A DNA stretch of 62,214 bases, filler included. It is 9 parts of 9 records of this genome, joined end to end, with 100 filler letters (N's around TTAATTAATTAA, not from the genome) between each part and the next. Parts side by side here need not be neighbours in the genome. Positions count along the whole stretch, not along the records: positions 24,044 to 37,608 come from SRR20825010_544; positions 37,709 to 41,322 come from SRR20825010_553; 7 more parts are not named here. One strand, 5' to 3'. Below the pieces are notes generated by a model that ran no database searches, was not told the origin of the DNA, and saw only the letters and a list, made by a program, of their open reading frames with translations. Each line of letters opens with the position of its first letter. Positions within the stretch are counted from its first letter, which is position 1. A program made the translations under genes and the position numbers. Positions 28,421 through 38,160 of the stretch are shown here, one piece after another.

Positions 28421-29323
28421 ATGTCGATCGTCAAAGCCAACCGCCGCTGGAATCCCCAGATCGTGACACCGATCCTGTTCCTGCTGCCCGGAGTGCTGTT
28501 CTTTCTGCTCTATGTGATCATTCCCATCGGGCAGAGCTTTAACATCTCGTTCTATAAATGGGACGGGTTGGGAGAGGCCGAATGGGTCGGTCTGCGCAAC
28601 TATGAACGCCTGATGCAGGACCGCGCCTTTGAGGTATCGCTCTGGAACAACATGAAATGGTTGGTGCTGTATCTGCTGGCGATCCCGGCGGGCCTGTTTA
28701 TCGCTCTGTTCCTCAACCAGACAGTGACGGGCATTCGCCTGTATAAATCACTGTTCTTCTTTCCCTTTGTCATCAGCCAAGTGGTCGTGGGTCTTGTTTT
28801 CTCGTGGTTCTACTTGCCACGAGAGGGGTTGTTGAACGCAGTTATCACCACCTTTGGGATGGAGCCAATCAATGTGCTGGGTGATCCAGTTCTGGCCACA
28901 TACGGAGTCATCGCCGCCGGGCTTTGGCCGCAAACCGCCTATTGCATGATCTTGTATCTGACAGGTCTGAACGCGGTGGACCCCGAACAGATCGAGGCCG
29001 GTCGGTTGGACGGGGCCAAGCGTTGGCGGATGTTGTGGCATATCATCCTGCCGCAACTGCGCCCTGCAACGTTCATTGCCTTTGTCGTTACGATCATCGG
29101 TGCGTTGCGGTCCTTTGACCTGATTTCTATCATGACCAACGGCGGACCGTTCGGATCAACACGCGTGTTGTCGTTCTACATGTTCGAAAAGGCGCTGTCG
29201 GAATACGGGTTCCGCATGGGCTACGGCTCGGCCATCGCCGTGGTGCTATTTCTGATCATGCTTGTCTTTATCGCCTATTTTCTGTGGTCGATGTGGCGCG
29301 AAGAACGGGCAGGGCGGCACTGA
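28421..29323 (+). CDS. Carbohydrate ABC transporter permease 1
   Basis: WVGLRNY, EAA-loop variant EAGRLDGA, FD. Confidence 0.93.
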   Translation: MSIVKANRRWNPQIVTPILFLLPGVLFFLLYVIIPIGQSFNISFYKWDGLGEAEWVGLRNYERLMQDRAFEVSLWNNMKWLVLYLLAIPAGLFIALFLNQTVTGIRLYKSLFFFPFVISQVVVGLVFSWFYLPREGLLNAVITTFGMEPINVLGDPVLATYGVIAAGLWPQTAYCMILYLTGLNAVDPEQIEAGRLDGAKRWRMLWHIILPQLRPATFIAFVVTIIGALRSFDLISIMTNGGPFGSTRVLSFYMFEKALSEYGFRMGYGSAIAVVLFLIMLVFIAYFLWSMWREERAGRH

Positions 29324-29340
29324 TGGGACCGGTGCAGTTA

Positions 29341-29361
29341 AGTATTTTTGCCAAGAAGAAG
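29341..29361 (-). repeat. Structured intergenic repeat, partial inverted copy
   Basis: Reverse complement reads CTTCTTCTTGGCAAAAATACT. Confidence 0.6.
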
Positions 29362-29376
29362 CAGGGGGCCTGAGCC

Positions 29377-30225
29377 ATGTTTCCAACACCGATCCAGAAA
29401 CAGAGCACGGCGGTGCAGGTCTCTTATCAGGCGTTGTTGCCACTGGCGTTGATCATGTGGCTGCTGCCGTTGATCGCCGTGGCCTTGTTTTCGATCCGCC
29501 CCTTGGCGGATTTCACCAACGGCAACTATTGGGGCATGCCCTCGTCGTTCGAATTCTTCGAGAACTACGGCAAGGTGTTTTTTGAGTCAGACATGCCGCG
29601 ATACCTGTGGAATTCGGTGCTGATCACTGTGCCGACGGTGATCGGCGCGGTGGCCCTGTCCTGTATGACGGGTTTTGCGCTGGGCATCTACCGGTTCAAG
29701 GGCAACCTGCTGATCTTCTTCATGTTCATCGCGGGCAACTTTGTGCCGTTCCAGATCCTCATGGTACCGGTGCGTGACCTGACCGTGTCGATTGGTTTGT
29801 ACGATACAAAACTGGGTCTGATCCTGTTCCATGTCGCGTTTCAGACCGGGTTCTGCACGCTCTTCATGCGGAACTTTATCCGCGCCCTGCCACATGAATT
29901 GATCGAGGCGGCGCGGGTCGAGGGCGTCGCCGAATGGCGTATCTTCTGGTTTGTGGTGCTGCCGCTCATGCGGCCCGCCATCGCGGCGCTGTCAGTGCTG
30001 ATTTTCACCTTTATCTGGAACGATTACTTCTGGGCGTTGGTGTTGACGCAAGGGCCGGGGGCGCAGCCTGTGACTGCTGGCATTACCTCGTTCAACTCCC
30101 AGTTTGTGGCGCAGTATCATCTGATGAGCGCGGGCAGCATCGTGGCCGCCCTGCCGCCAGTGGCGATGTTCTTTCTGATGCAGCGGCACTTTATCGCCGG
30201 GCTGACCCTAGGGGCCGTCAAGTGA
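29377..30225 (+). CDS. Carbohydrate ABC transporter permease 2
   Basis: ELIEAARVEG, WNDYFW, QRHFIAGLTLGAVK. Confidence 0.93.
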   Translation: MFPTPIQKQSTAVQVSYQALLPLALIMWLLPLIAVALFSIRPLADFTNGNYWGMPSSFEFFENYGKVFFESDMPRYLWNSVLITVPTVIGAVALSCMTGFALGIYRFKGNLLIFFMFIAGNFVPFQILMVPVRDLTVSIGLYDTKLGLILFHVAFQTGFCTLFMRNFIRALPHELIEAARVEGVAEWRIFWFVVLPLMRPAIAALSVLIFTFIWNDYFWALVLTQGPGAQPVTAGITSFNSQFVAQYHLMSAGSIVAALPPVAMFFLMQRHFIAGLTLGAVK

Positions 30226-32285
30226 AGGCATGGAGGCTGGATGATCCGCGCCAGACGCTTGTTCTGGTGCAAGAAGGCTCGGCGCTGCCCGGTGTGATCT
30301 ATTGGGGCGCACCTTTGCCAGCGGATGAGGATCTGGCGACACTGGCCGCGTCACAGCGGCTGGATGTGACGGGTGGCATGATGGACGCCAACGCTCCCTT
30401 GTCGATCTGTCCAGAGGCGCGGCAGGGCTGGGCCGGTCAACCTGGTTTCGTGCTGATTGGCAGGGATGGGCGGCGTGTGATGCCGACATTTAGCGCCTCT
30501 GTTGAAGCATGGGAAAGTGAGCTGCGGATCACGGCCAAGGATGCGGACTGCGGTGTCGTCTATCACGCGCAGATCGCGCTGACCGATGACGGCATGTTGC
30601 AGACATGTGCAAAGATCGACGCGCCGGGTTTGGCGATCGACTGGCTGGCGACGCCTGTGCTGCCGGTCTCCAGTGCCTCTGACGGGCTGATCGATTTCTC
30701 GGGTCGGTGGATTGGTGAGTTTCAGCGTCAACGCCATGACTGGCGTCCCGGTGTCCATATGCGCGAGGCGCGTATGGGGCGGTCCGGGCACGAACACCCG
30801 CCGTTCGCGATCCTCACCACACCCGGTACGACCAATTCGCAAGGCGAGGCTTGGGCGTTGTCCTATGACTGGTCCGGTGGCCACCGCATGGTGGCCGAGG
30901 AACTGCCCGATGGCCGCCGCCAGATCCAGTTTGGTCATGCCCCTGGCAGCCATACATCCGGGCGGGCCTGCACGGCCACGCTGACCGCTTGCTATAGCGC
31001 CGATGGCCTGAACGGCAGCGCGGGCGCCTTTCAGCGTCACGTTCGCGCTATGACCCAAGGCAATGCACGGCACCCCCGACCGGTGCATTACAACTGCTGG
31101 GAAGCGATCTATTTTAACCATGATCCCGCCGAATTGCAGGACATCGCCCGCCGTGCCGCCGATCTGGGCGCAGAACGCTTTGTGCTGGACGATGGGTGGT
31201 TCGGGATGCGGGATGATGACACCACCAGTCTTGGCGACTGGGCCGTTGATCCGCGCAAATGGCCGGACGGATTACGTCCCTTTGCAGAGTATGTGCAGGC
31301 CCTTGGGATGGAGTTTGGCCTTTGGGTTGAACCGGAGATGATCAACAAGGACAGCGACCTGTTCCGCGCACATCCCGATTGGTTGCTTGGACCCGTTGAT
31401 CAGACGCCGGGGCGGCAGCAATTCGTTCTGGACTTGTCGCAACGGGCGGTCTGCGATTACCTCTTTGATCGGCTAAACGCAGTGCTGAACGACGCGCCAA
31501 TCGGCTATCTGAAATGGGATCACAACCGGTTGTTGCCGGTCGTCGATGAGCGCCAAGTGCTGATGCTGAACGCCTTGTTGGGGCGTCTGCGCACCGCGCA
31601 TCCGGGGGTTGAGATTGAAAGCTGCGCCTCTGGCGGAGGGCGGATAGACCTCAACATCTTGCAACACACAGGCCGCGTCTGGTTGTCTGACAGCAACGAC
31701 GCAGCTGAACGCCTGCGGATCCAGCATGACGCCGCGCTGTTCCTGCCCGCTAGCGTCACCGGCAGCCATGTCGGCCCGCGCAATTGCCACACGTCGGGCC
31801 GTATCCACGACATCCGGTTCCGCGCCTGGGTGGCCGCGCAACGCCACATGGGGTTCGAGATGGACCCGCGCGAGTTGACCGAGGAAGAGGCGCAGGTGCT
31901 GAAATCCGTTACGGCCTGGTGGAAGGCCAATCGCGATTGGCGCATGGAAGCGGACATTCTGCGGCTGGATCATGCCGACCCGGCGATGATTGCCGAATTG
32001 CAACTGGCGCAGGACGGCAGTCGCTTTGTCGCCTTTGCCGGGCAGACAGCGACCTCATCCCAAATCTTGCCGCGTCCGCTGTGCCTGACCGGGCTCGACC
32101 CGCAGGCGCGCTACCGGATCACCCTGCTCAATGCCGATGAGGCACCGGGCTTGTCGCGCGGCGCGCCTGCACTGAAATACGACTCCCTGACGTTATCCGG
32201 GCAGGCGCTGATGCGACAGGGCGTGGCCTTGCCCTGGCGCTTTCCGGATGGGATCTGGGTGCTGGAAGGAGAACGCCTGCCATGA
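30222..32285 (+). CDS. Alpha-galactosidase, GH36
   Basis: NCWEAIYF, FVLDDGWFG, FGLWVEPEM, YLKWDHN, SCASGGGRID, WLSD; true start is the GTG overlapping the permease stop. Confidence 0.92.
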   Translation: MKAWRLDDPRQTLVLVQEGSALPGVIYWGAPLPADEDLATLAASQRLDVTGGMMDANAPLSICPEARQGWAGQPGFVLIGRDGRRVMPTFSASVEAWESELRITAKDADCGVVYHAQIALTDDGMLQTCAKIDAPGLAIDWLATPVLPVSSASDGLIDFSGRWIGEFQRQRHDWRPGVHMREARMGRSGHEHPPFAILTTPGTTNSQGEAWALSYDWSGGHRMVAEELPDGRRQIQFGHAPGSHTSGRACTATLTACYSADGLNGSAGAFQRHVRAMTQGNARHPRPVHYNCWEAIYFNHDPAELQDIARRAADLGAERFVLDDGWFGMRDDDTTSLGDWAVDPRKWPDGLRPFAEYVQALGMEFGLWVEPEMINKDSDLFRAHPDWLLGPVDQTPGRQQFVLDLSQRAVCDYLFDRLNAVLNDAPIGYLKWDHNRLLPVVDERQVLMLNALLGRLRTAHPGVEIESCASGGGRIDLNILQHTGRVWLSDSNDAAERLRIQHDAALFLPASVTGSHVGPRNCHTSGRIHDIRFRAWVAAQRHMGFEMDPRELTEEEAQVLKSVTAWWKANRDWRMEADILRLDHADPAMIAELQLAQDGSRFVAFAGQTATSSQILPRPLCLTGLDPQARYRITLLNADEAPGLSRGAPALKYDSLTLSGQALMRQGVALPWRFPDGIWVLEGERLP

Positions 32286-33181
32286 CCGAGACACCAAAAT
32301 GGATTGCGGCCGATTGGGGTACTTCGCATCTGCGACTCTGGCCGATGGGAAATGACGACCGACCGCTGCGCCGGATAGATTCTGACCTTGGTATGTCGCG
32401 GCTGTCGTCAGAGGACTATGAACCTGCTTTGCTCAACCTGTTGGGGGACGATCTGCCCGAAGCGTTACCGGTGATTATCTGCGGCATGGCCGGATCGCGG
32501 CAGGGCTGGGCAGAGGCGCCCTATGTCGAAACCCCCTGTGCCGTCCCGTTTGAGGGAACGCAGGTGACCACACGCGACCCACGGTTGCGCGTCCATATCC
32601 TGCCCGGGATCAAGCAGATGCGCCCGCCGGACGTGATGCGTGGCGAGGAGACCCAGATCGGCGGGTTTCTGGCGAAAGAGCCCGGTTTTGATGGGGTGCT
32701 CTGTCTGCCCGGAACACACAACAAATGGGTGCATATCAGCGCCAATGAGATCGTTTCTTTCCGGACCTTCATGACCGGGGAACTGTTTGCCCTGCTCGGC
32801 GGCCAATCGGTTCTGCGCCATTCACTGGGCGGAGATGGGTGGGACAGCGCCGCCTTCGCCGATGCGGTCAGCGACACGCTTTCGCGCCCCGCGACGCTGA
32901 CGTCTTCTCTGTTCACACTGCGCGCTGACTCTTTGCTGAACGGCACCGGGGCAGATGTGACCCGCGCGCGCCTTTCGGGCCTGTTGATCGGGGCGGAACT
33001 GGCGGCGGCGCGGCCCTATTGGTTGGGGCAGGACATCGTCATTCTGGGTGAGGATGCGGTGGCCGGGGCCTATCGCGACGCACTGGCCGCGCAGGGGGCC
33101 GCCGCGCGGCTGGTGCCTGCGGGCGACATCACGCTGGCGGGTCTGACCGCCGCCTATCATCATCTGAAAGACAAGACATGA
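32282..33181 (+). CDS. dgoK: 2-dehydro-3-deoxygalactonokinase
   Basis: DWGTSHLR, GMAGSRQGW.EAPY, DVMRGEETQ, PGTH.KW, TFMTGE. Confidence 0.93.
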   Translation: MTETPKWIAADWGTSHLRLWPMGNDDRPLRRIDSDLGMSRLSSEDYEPALLNLLGDDLPEALPVIICGMAGSRQGWAEAPYVETPCAVPFEGTQVTTRDPRLRVHILPGIKQMRPPDVMRGEETQIGGFLAKEPGFDGVLCLPGTHNKWVHISANEIVSFRTFMTGELFALLGGQSVLRHSLGGDGWDSAAFADAVSDTLSRPATLTSSLFTLRADSLLNGTGADVTRARLSGLLIGAELAAARPYWLGQDIVILGEDAVAGAYRDALAAQGAAARLVPAGDITLAGLTAAYHHLKDKT

Positions 33182-33783
33182 CCCGAGAAATTATTGCCAT
33201 CCTGCGCGGACTGACCACGGCGGAGGCTGAACCGGTTACTGATGCGCTGATCAATGCCGACATTACCAAGATTGAGGTGCCGCTGAACTCACCTGATCCG
33301 TTCGAAACCATCCGTCGCATGGTTGTGCACGCGGGCGACCGTGCGTTGATTGGTGCGGGCACGGTGCTGGACCCGGTGCAGGTGGGGCAACTGCGCGAGA
33401 TCGGGGCCGGCATGGTCGTGTCTCCCGACTGCAACCCGCGCGTCATCGCCGCGACCAAGGCAGCGGGAATGCTGTCTTATCCGGGAGTCATGACCGCGAC
33501 AGAGGCGTTTACTGCCCTGCGCAATGGGGCGGATGGTTTGAAGTTCTTTCCGGCGTTCAAACTGGGATTGGATGGGCTGTCGGCGCTCAAGGCAGTTTTG
33601 CCGCCCGAGGCCGCGACCTATGCGGTCGGGGGCGTTGGACCGACAGAGTTCGACGCATGGCTAAAGGCCGGGATCACCGGGTTCGGCATCGGGTCGGCGC
33701 TGTACAAGCCGGGCATGTCCGTGTCGGAGATCGCAGAGCGCGCCGCCGAAATGGTGGCGGCATGGGATGCGGCGGCGGGCTGA
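33178..33783 (+). CDS. dgoA: 2-dehydro-3-deoxy-6-phosphogalactonate aldolase
   Basis: IAILRG, IEVPLNSP, GAGTV, LKFFPA, AVGGV. Confidence 0.92.
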   Translation: MTREIIAILRGLTTAEAEPVTDALINADITKIEVPLNSPDPFETIRRMVVHAGDRALIGAGTVLDPVQVGQLREIGAGMVVSPDCNPRVIAATKAAGMLSYPGVMTATEAFTALRNGADGLKFFPAFKLGLDGLSALKAVLPPEAATYAVGGVGPTEFDAWLKAGITGFGIGSALYKPGMSVSEIAERAAEMVAAWDAAAG

Positions 33784-33826
33784 GCGCCTGTTGCCCCCGT
33801 CAGACCTGTCCGCGAAAGGCGCCCCG

Positions 33827-35734
33827 ATGAAACGTACACTCGGCACCTGCTACTATCCCGAACATTGGCCCGAAGATATGTGGGAGGCGGATGCCGCCCG
33901 CATGGCCAACCTTGGCCTGACGTGGGTCCGGATCGGAGAGTTTGCGTGGTCGGTGATCGAACCCGCGCCGGGCGATCTCCGGTTCGACTGGCTGGACCGT
34001 GCGATCGAGATATTGGGGCATCACGGGCTAAAGGTAGTGCTGGGCACGCCCACCGCGACGCCGCCGCGTTGGATGCTGGATCGCTACCCCGATATGTTGG
34101 CTGTCGATGCTGAGGGGCGCGGGCGCGGCTTTGGCTCACGTCGTCACTACTGTTTTTCGCACGCGGGGTTCGCTGAGGAATCGAAACGCATCACCCGTTT
34201 GTTGGCAGAACGCTATGGTCGCAATCCCCATGTGGCCGCATGGCAGACGGACAATGAATACGGCTGCCACGACACGATCCTCAGCTATTCCGATGCGGCA
34301 CGCCGGGCGTTTCAGGACTGGTGTGCGCAGCGGTATCAATCGCCTGATGCGCTGAACCGGGCGTGGGGCAACGTCTTTTGGTCGATGATTTACGATGACT
34401 TTGACCAGATCGGCCTGCCCAACCTGACGGTGACGGAGCCCAATCCCGCGCATGTGATGGCCTTTCGCCGGTTTTCGTCCGATCAGGTGGTCCGTTTTAA
34501 CCGCGCGCAGGTGGACATTATCCGCGCCCATTCCGACGCGCCGATTGCGCACAACTACATGGGGCGCGTGACGGAATTCGACCACTACGAGGTGGGCGCC
34601 GATCTGGATATCGCCTCATGGGACAGCTATCCGCTGGGATTTCTGGAGGACCGCGTTGGGCGCCCCGTCAAGGACCAGCGCGACTATGCGCGTCAGGGGG
34701 ATCCGGATTTTCAAGCTTTCCATCACGATCTGTACCGCGCCGTGGGCAAGAATGGCCGTTGGTGGGTGATGGAACAACAGCCCGGTCCGGTGAACTGGGC
34801 CGCCTACAACCCCTCGCCGTTTCCCGGAATGGTACGGCTTTGGACGTGGGAAGCCTTTGCTCACGGGGCAGAGGCGGTGTGTTATTTCCGATGGCGGCAG
34901 GCCCCGATGGCGCAGGAACAGATGCACGCGGGCTTGTTACGCCCTGACAGCGTCGAGGCCCCCGCCTGTGACGAGGTGCGACAGGTCGCTGTCGAGTTTA
35001 CCGATGCGCCCGAGGTGTCCCCTGCACAGGCGTCTGTCGGGCTGGTCTTTGACTATGAAGCGGAATGGATGTGGGCGATTCAGCCTCATGCCAAGGGCGC
35101 GTCCTACTTCTCGCTTGTCTTCGACACCTACCGCGCGTTGCGGCGGGCCGGGCTGGACGTGGATATACTGCCACCTCAGGCCAAGGCGTTGGCGGGCTAC
35201 AAGCTGCTTCTTGCGCCGGGGCTGATGCATCTGCCGGAGGCGTTGCAAACGGCGCTGCTGGCCAGCAATGCGCAGGTTGTGCTGGGGCCGCGCACCGCCG
35301 CGCGTGACGTGGATTTCCGCATTCCTCTGCCCCTGCCGCCCGCGGTTCCTGGCCTGCCAGTGACGGTGACGCGAGTCGAAAGCCTGCGGCCTGATATGCA
35401 AGTGCCGTTGCGCGGTGGCGGTGCGGTGCAGACGTATCTGGAAGAGTTGGAAACCACCGCCGAACCCTTGCTTGAGACCGAAACCGGTACGCCCGTCGCC
35501 GTCGGGGTAGACGCTATCATCTACTTGGGCGGCTGGCTGGACGATACGGGTCTGGATCGCTTGACGCGGGCATTGTGCGCGCGCGCCGGTCTTGAGACGG
35601 TCGATCTGCCCAAAGGTGTGCGCACCCGCACCACCGGGATGGAACGTTTCTGGTTTAATCACAGCTTGCAGGATCGGCAGGTTGCCGGGATCACCTTGGC
35701 ACCAGCGGGCGTTCTGCGGGTGCCATTGGCGTGA
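33827..35734 (+). CDS. Beta-galactosidase, GH42
   Basis: CYYPEHWP, RIGEFAWS, TPTATPP, DNEYGC, MEQQPG, QEQMHAG. Confidence 0.93.
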   Translation: MKRTLGTCYYPEHWPEDMWEADAARMANLGLTWVRIGEFAWSVIEPAPGDLRFDWLDRAIEILGHHGLKVVLGTPTATPPRWMLDRYPDMLAVDAEGRGRGFGSRRHYCFSHAGFAEESKRITRLLAERYGRNPHVAAWQTDNEYGCHDTILSYSDAARRAFQDWCAQRYQSPDALNRAWGNVFWSMIYDDFDQIGLPNLTVTEPNPAHVMAFRRFSSDQVVRFNRAQVDIIRAHSDAPIAHNYMGRVTEFDHYEVGADLDIASWDSYPLGFLEDRVGRPVKDQRDYARQGDPDFQAFHHDLYRAVGKNGRWWVMEQQPGPVNWAAYNPSPFPGMVRLWTWEAFAHGAEAVCYFRWRQAPMAQEQMHAGLLRPDSVEAPACDEVRQVAVEFTDAPEVSPAQASVGLVFDYEAEWMWAIQPHAKGASYFSLVFDTYRALRRAGLDVDILPPQAKALAGYKLLLAPGLMHLPEALQTALLASNAQVVLGPRTAARDVDFRIPLPLPPAVPGLPVTVTRVESLRPDMQVPLRGGGAVQTYLEELETTAEPLLETETGTPVAVGVDAIIYLGGWLDDTGLDRLTRALCARAGLETVDLPKGVRTRTTGMERFWFNHSLQDRQVAGITLAPAGVLRVPLA

Positions 35735-35956
35735 TCCACTACCTGTCCCGGGGCCTTTTTCTTTGTACCGCGCTGGCCTAAGACTGCGGCGGCGCATAGC
35801 TGACTTTGGGATATTTTCCATGCGGAGTTTCTTCCGACCGGCGGAAATGGGGTCTACGGATGCCCAGATCCCATTTGACGCGCGTTGCGCACGCTCAAAC
35901 CGGCGGTCACGGGCTGGTTCGTCTGACGGGCGCAACATTCTTAGAGGTTTGAGTGG

Positions 35957-36637
35957 ATGAGCCTGTCGTTGAATCTCTCTGACCTGACCGTTGTCGCGGG
36001 CGCGCGGACCTTGCTGCGGGTGCCATCGCTGTCGCTGCCCGCCGGATCGTTGATTGGTGTGCGTGGACCATCTGGCGCTGGCAAATCGACGCTGCTTTAC
36101 GCGCTCAGCGGTCTGCTGGCGGCCAAAGGCAGCGTGCGCTGGGGGCAGACCGATCTGGCGCAACTGTCTGCTGAACGGCGCACCGCCTTTCGGGCGGCGC
36201 ATATGGGGCTGATCTTTCAGGACTACCTGTTGTTCGAAGAACTGTCGCCGCGCGCAAATGCCGGCCTTGCGGCGCTGTTCTCGACATCCGGGGATCGGGC
36301 GCAGGTCAATGCTCGCGCCGCGGATCGGCTGGATCGGTTGGGTGTTCCACGGGACAGCCGTTCGGTGGCGTCGTTTTCCGGTGGTGAACGGCAGCGCGTG
36401 GCGGTGGCGCGCGCCTTAGCAACCGATCCGGCAATCCTGTTGGCAGACGAACCGACCGCCAGCCTTGATCGCCCGGCTGCGGACCAGTTGATCGACGATC
36501 TTGTGGCCTTGGTGCGTGACAGCGGCAAGACGTTGATCGCAGTAAGCCACGATTTGCATCTGCTTGACCGTTTAGACCGAGTGTTGACCATCCGGGACGG
36601 TCAATTGACTGACGACACCAGGATTGGCACCGCATGA
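35957..36637 (+). CDS. ABC transporter ATP-binding protein (LolD/FtsE-like)
   Basis: GPSGAGKS, FSGGERQR, ADEPTASLD, SHD. Confidence 0.9.
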   Translation: MSLSLNLSDLTVVAGARTLLRVPSLSLPAGSLIGVRGPSGAGKSTLLYALSGLLAAKGSVRWGQTDLAQLSAERRTAFRAAHMGLIFQDYLLFEELSPRANAGLAALFSTSGDRAQVNARAADRLDRLGVPRDSRSVASFSGGERQRVAVARALATDPAILLADEPTASLDRPAADQLIDDLVALVRDSGKTLIAVSHDLHLLDRLDRVLTIRDGQLTDDTRIGTA

Positions 36638-36674
36638 TCTACCCGATTACCGAATTCAGAAGTGATCCGACCGC

Positions 36675-37608
36675 ATGACAGAGTACTGGAACTCGTTGCC
36701 CGTCCTTGCGCAGGACATGCTGATTGCTGCTGTATTGCTGTTGCCGTTATTGGGCGTCGGGGTCGCGCTGCTGCGCGGTTTTCAACCCATGCCTCTGGTG
36801 GGCGCGCTGCTCTGGCGGTTTCGCTGGGCCAACGTGATGTTCGTTGTGCTGATTGCAGTGTCTATTGGTATGGGCATCGGGTTGATCGCTCAGGAACGGG
36901 GCTTGCGCGTGGGCAGCGCGCGGGCGGCGGAAAAGTTTGATCTTGTGGTGGCCGCCCCCGGCTCTGAGTTGACGCTGATGCTGGCCTCGGTGTTTCTGCA
37001 ATCCTCTGCGGTGCCGTTGTTGGATGGCGCGGTCTATGATCGGATTGCCAGCCATCCGAGGGTCGAGATCGCGGCCCCCATTGCCTTTGGCGACAGTCAT
37101 GACGGCGCGCCAGTTGTCGGAATCGTCGCGGAGTTTGTCACCTATCTGTCCGACGGTCAGATAGAGGGCCGCCTGTTTGCCCGCACCGGCGAGGCGGTTG
37201 TCGGCGCTTCTATCGACCTGCAAGTGGGGGACCATTTTTCGCCCGCACACGGAGTGGGTGATGAGGCCGAACATGAATCGCACGAAGCGTTTGAAATAGA
37301 GGTGGTGGGCCGAATGGCGCGCAGTGGATCGCCATGGGACCGTGCCATCCTGATCCCGATCGAAACGGTTTGGGAGGTGCACGGACTAGCCAATGGCCAT
37401 CCGTTTGAGGAAGGCGACAAAATCGGCCCGCCCTTTGATCCGGCCCTGTTCCCCGGCACGCCAGCGGTGATCGTGCGGGCCTCTGATATGTCGGCGACCT
37501 ACGCGCTGCGGTCCACATTCACCGAGGCAGGAGAGACCATGGCGTTTTTTCCCGGCACGGTTCTGGCCAGCCTGTATCGGGTGATGGGCGATGTCCGGCA
37601 AGCCATGC
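36675..37608 (+). CDS. FtsX/MacB-like ABC permease, 3'-truncated
   Basis: N-terminal TMs, DLVVAAPGS, PIAFGDS, His/acidic loop HGVGDEAEHESHE. Confidence 0.75.
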
Positions 37609-37708
37609 NNNNNNNNNNNNNNNNNNNNNNNNNNNNNNNNNNNNNNNNNNNNTTAATTAATTAANNNNNNNNNNNNNNNNNNNNNNNNNNNNNNNNNNNN
37701 NNNNNNNN
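37609..37708. other. Artificial contig spacer
   Basis: N44-TTAATTAATTAA-N44. Confidence 0.98.
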
Positions 37709-38112
37709 CCGGTCGGGTTGGCCGAGACATATTCGACGTTGACCTTTTTGCCCTGCCCCATGCTCGAACGACCATAGGCCGTGCCTTCGCTCAAGATCGC
37801 TGACGGCAGGGTCTGCCAGACGGACGGTGTCAAACGCAGGTTCAAAAAGCCGGGTCCAGCCACCTCGGCGCTTGCAATGCGGGGATCAGCACGCAGCTTG
37901 GCAGCCAGCGCCTCGGCGATATCGCGTGGCTTGGCCTTGGCGGGCTTGGCCAGAACCATGGCGGCGTTCGTAGCCATGTCGCCATGCAGCGGATCGCGCG
38001 GCGGTTCGGTGGTGACCGGATCGGTATTCAGCCCCTCGGGCAGCGCGCCCTCGGATTGCAATGCGTCGATGCCCTCGATCACAAGGGCGCGGATATCGGA
38101 AAACAGGTTCAT
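37709..38112 (-). CDS. argS: Arginine--tRNA ligase, N-terminal part
   Basis: HGDMATNAAM.LAK, AGPGFLN, VNVEYVSANPT. Confidence 0.95.
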
Positions 38113-38160
38113 GTCAGCGGCTCCAGAGTTGGCCGGTCTCTATCACTTTGGCAGGGCGCG

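Noticed and set aside
29934..30221. N-terminal extension of the alpha-galactosidase in the ORF track
   Set aside because: Overlaps permease 2 in another frame; the GTGA-coupled start at 30222 is more plausible
34937..36202. 421-aa minus-strand ORF spanning GH42 and the ABC ATPase
   Set aside because: Overlaps two well-supported genes on the other strand; no recognisable domain
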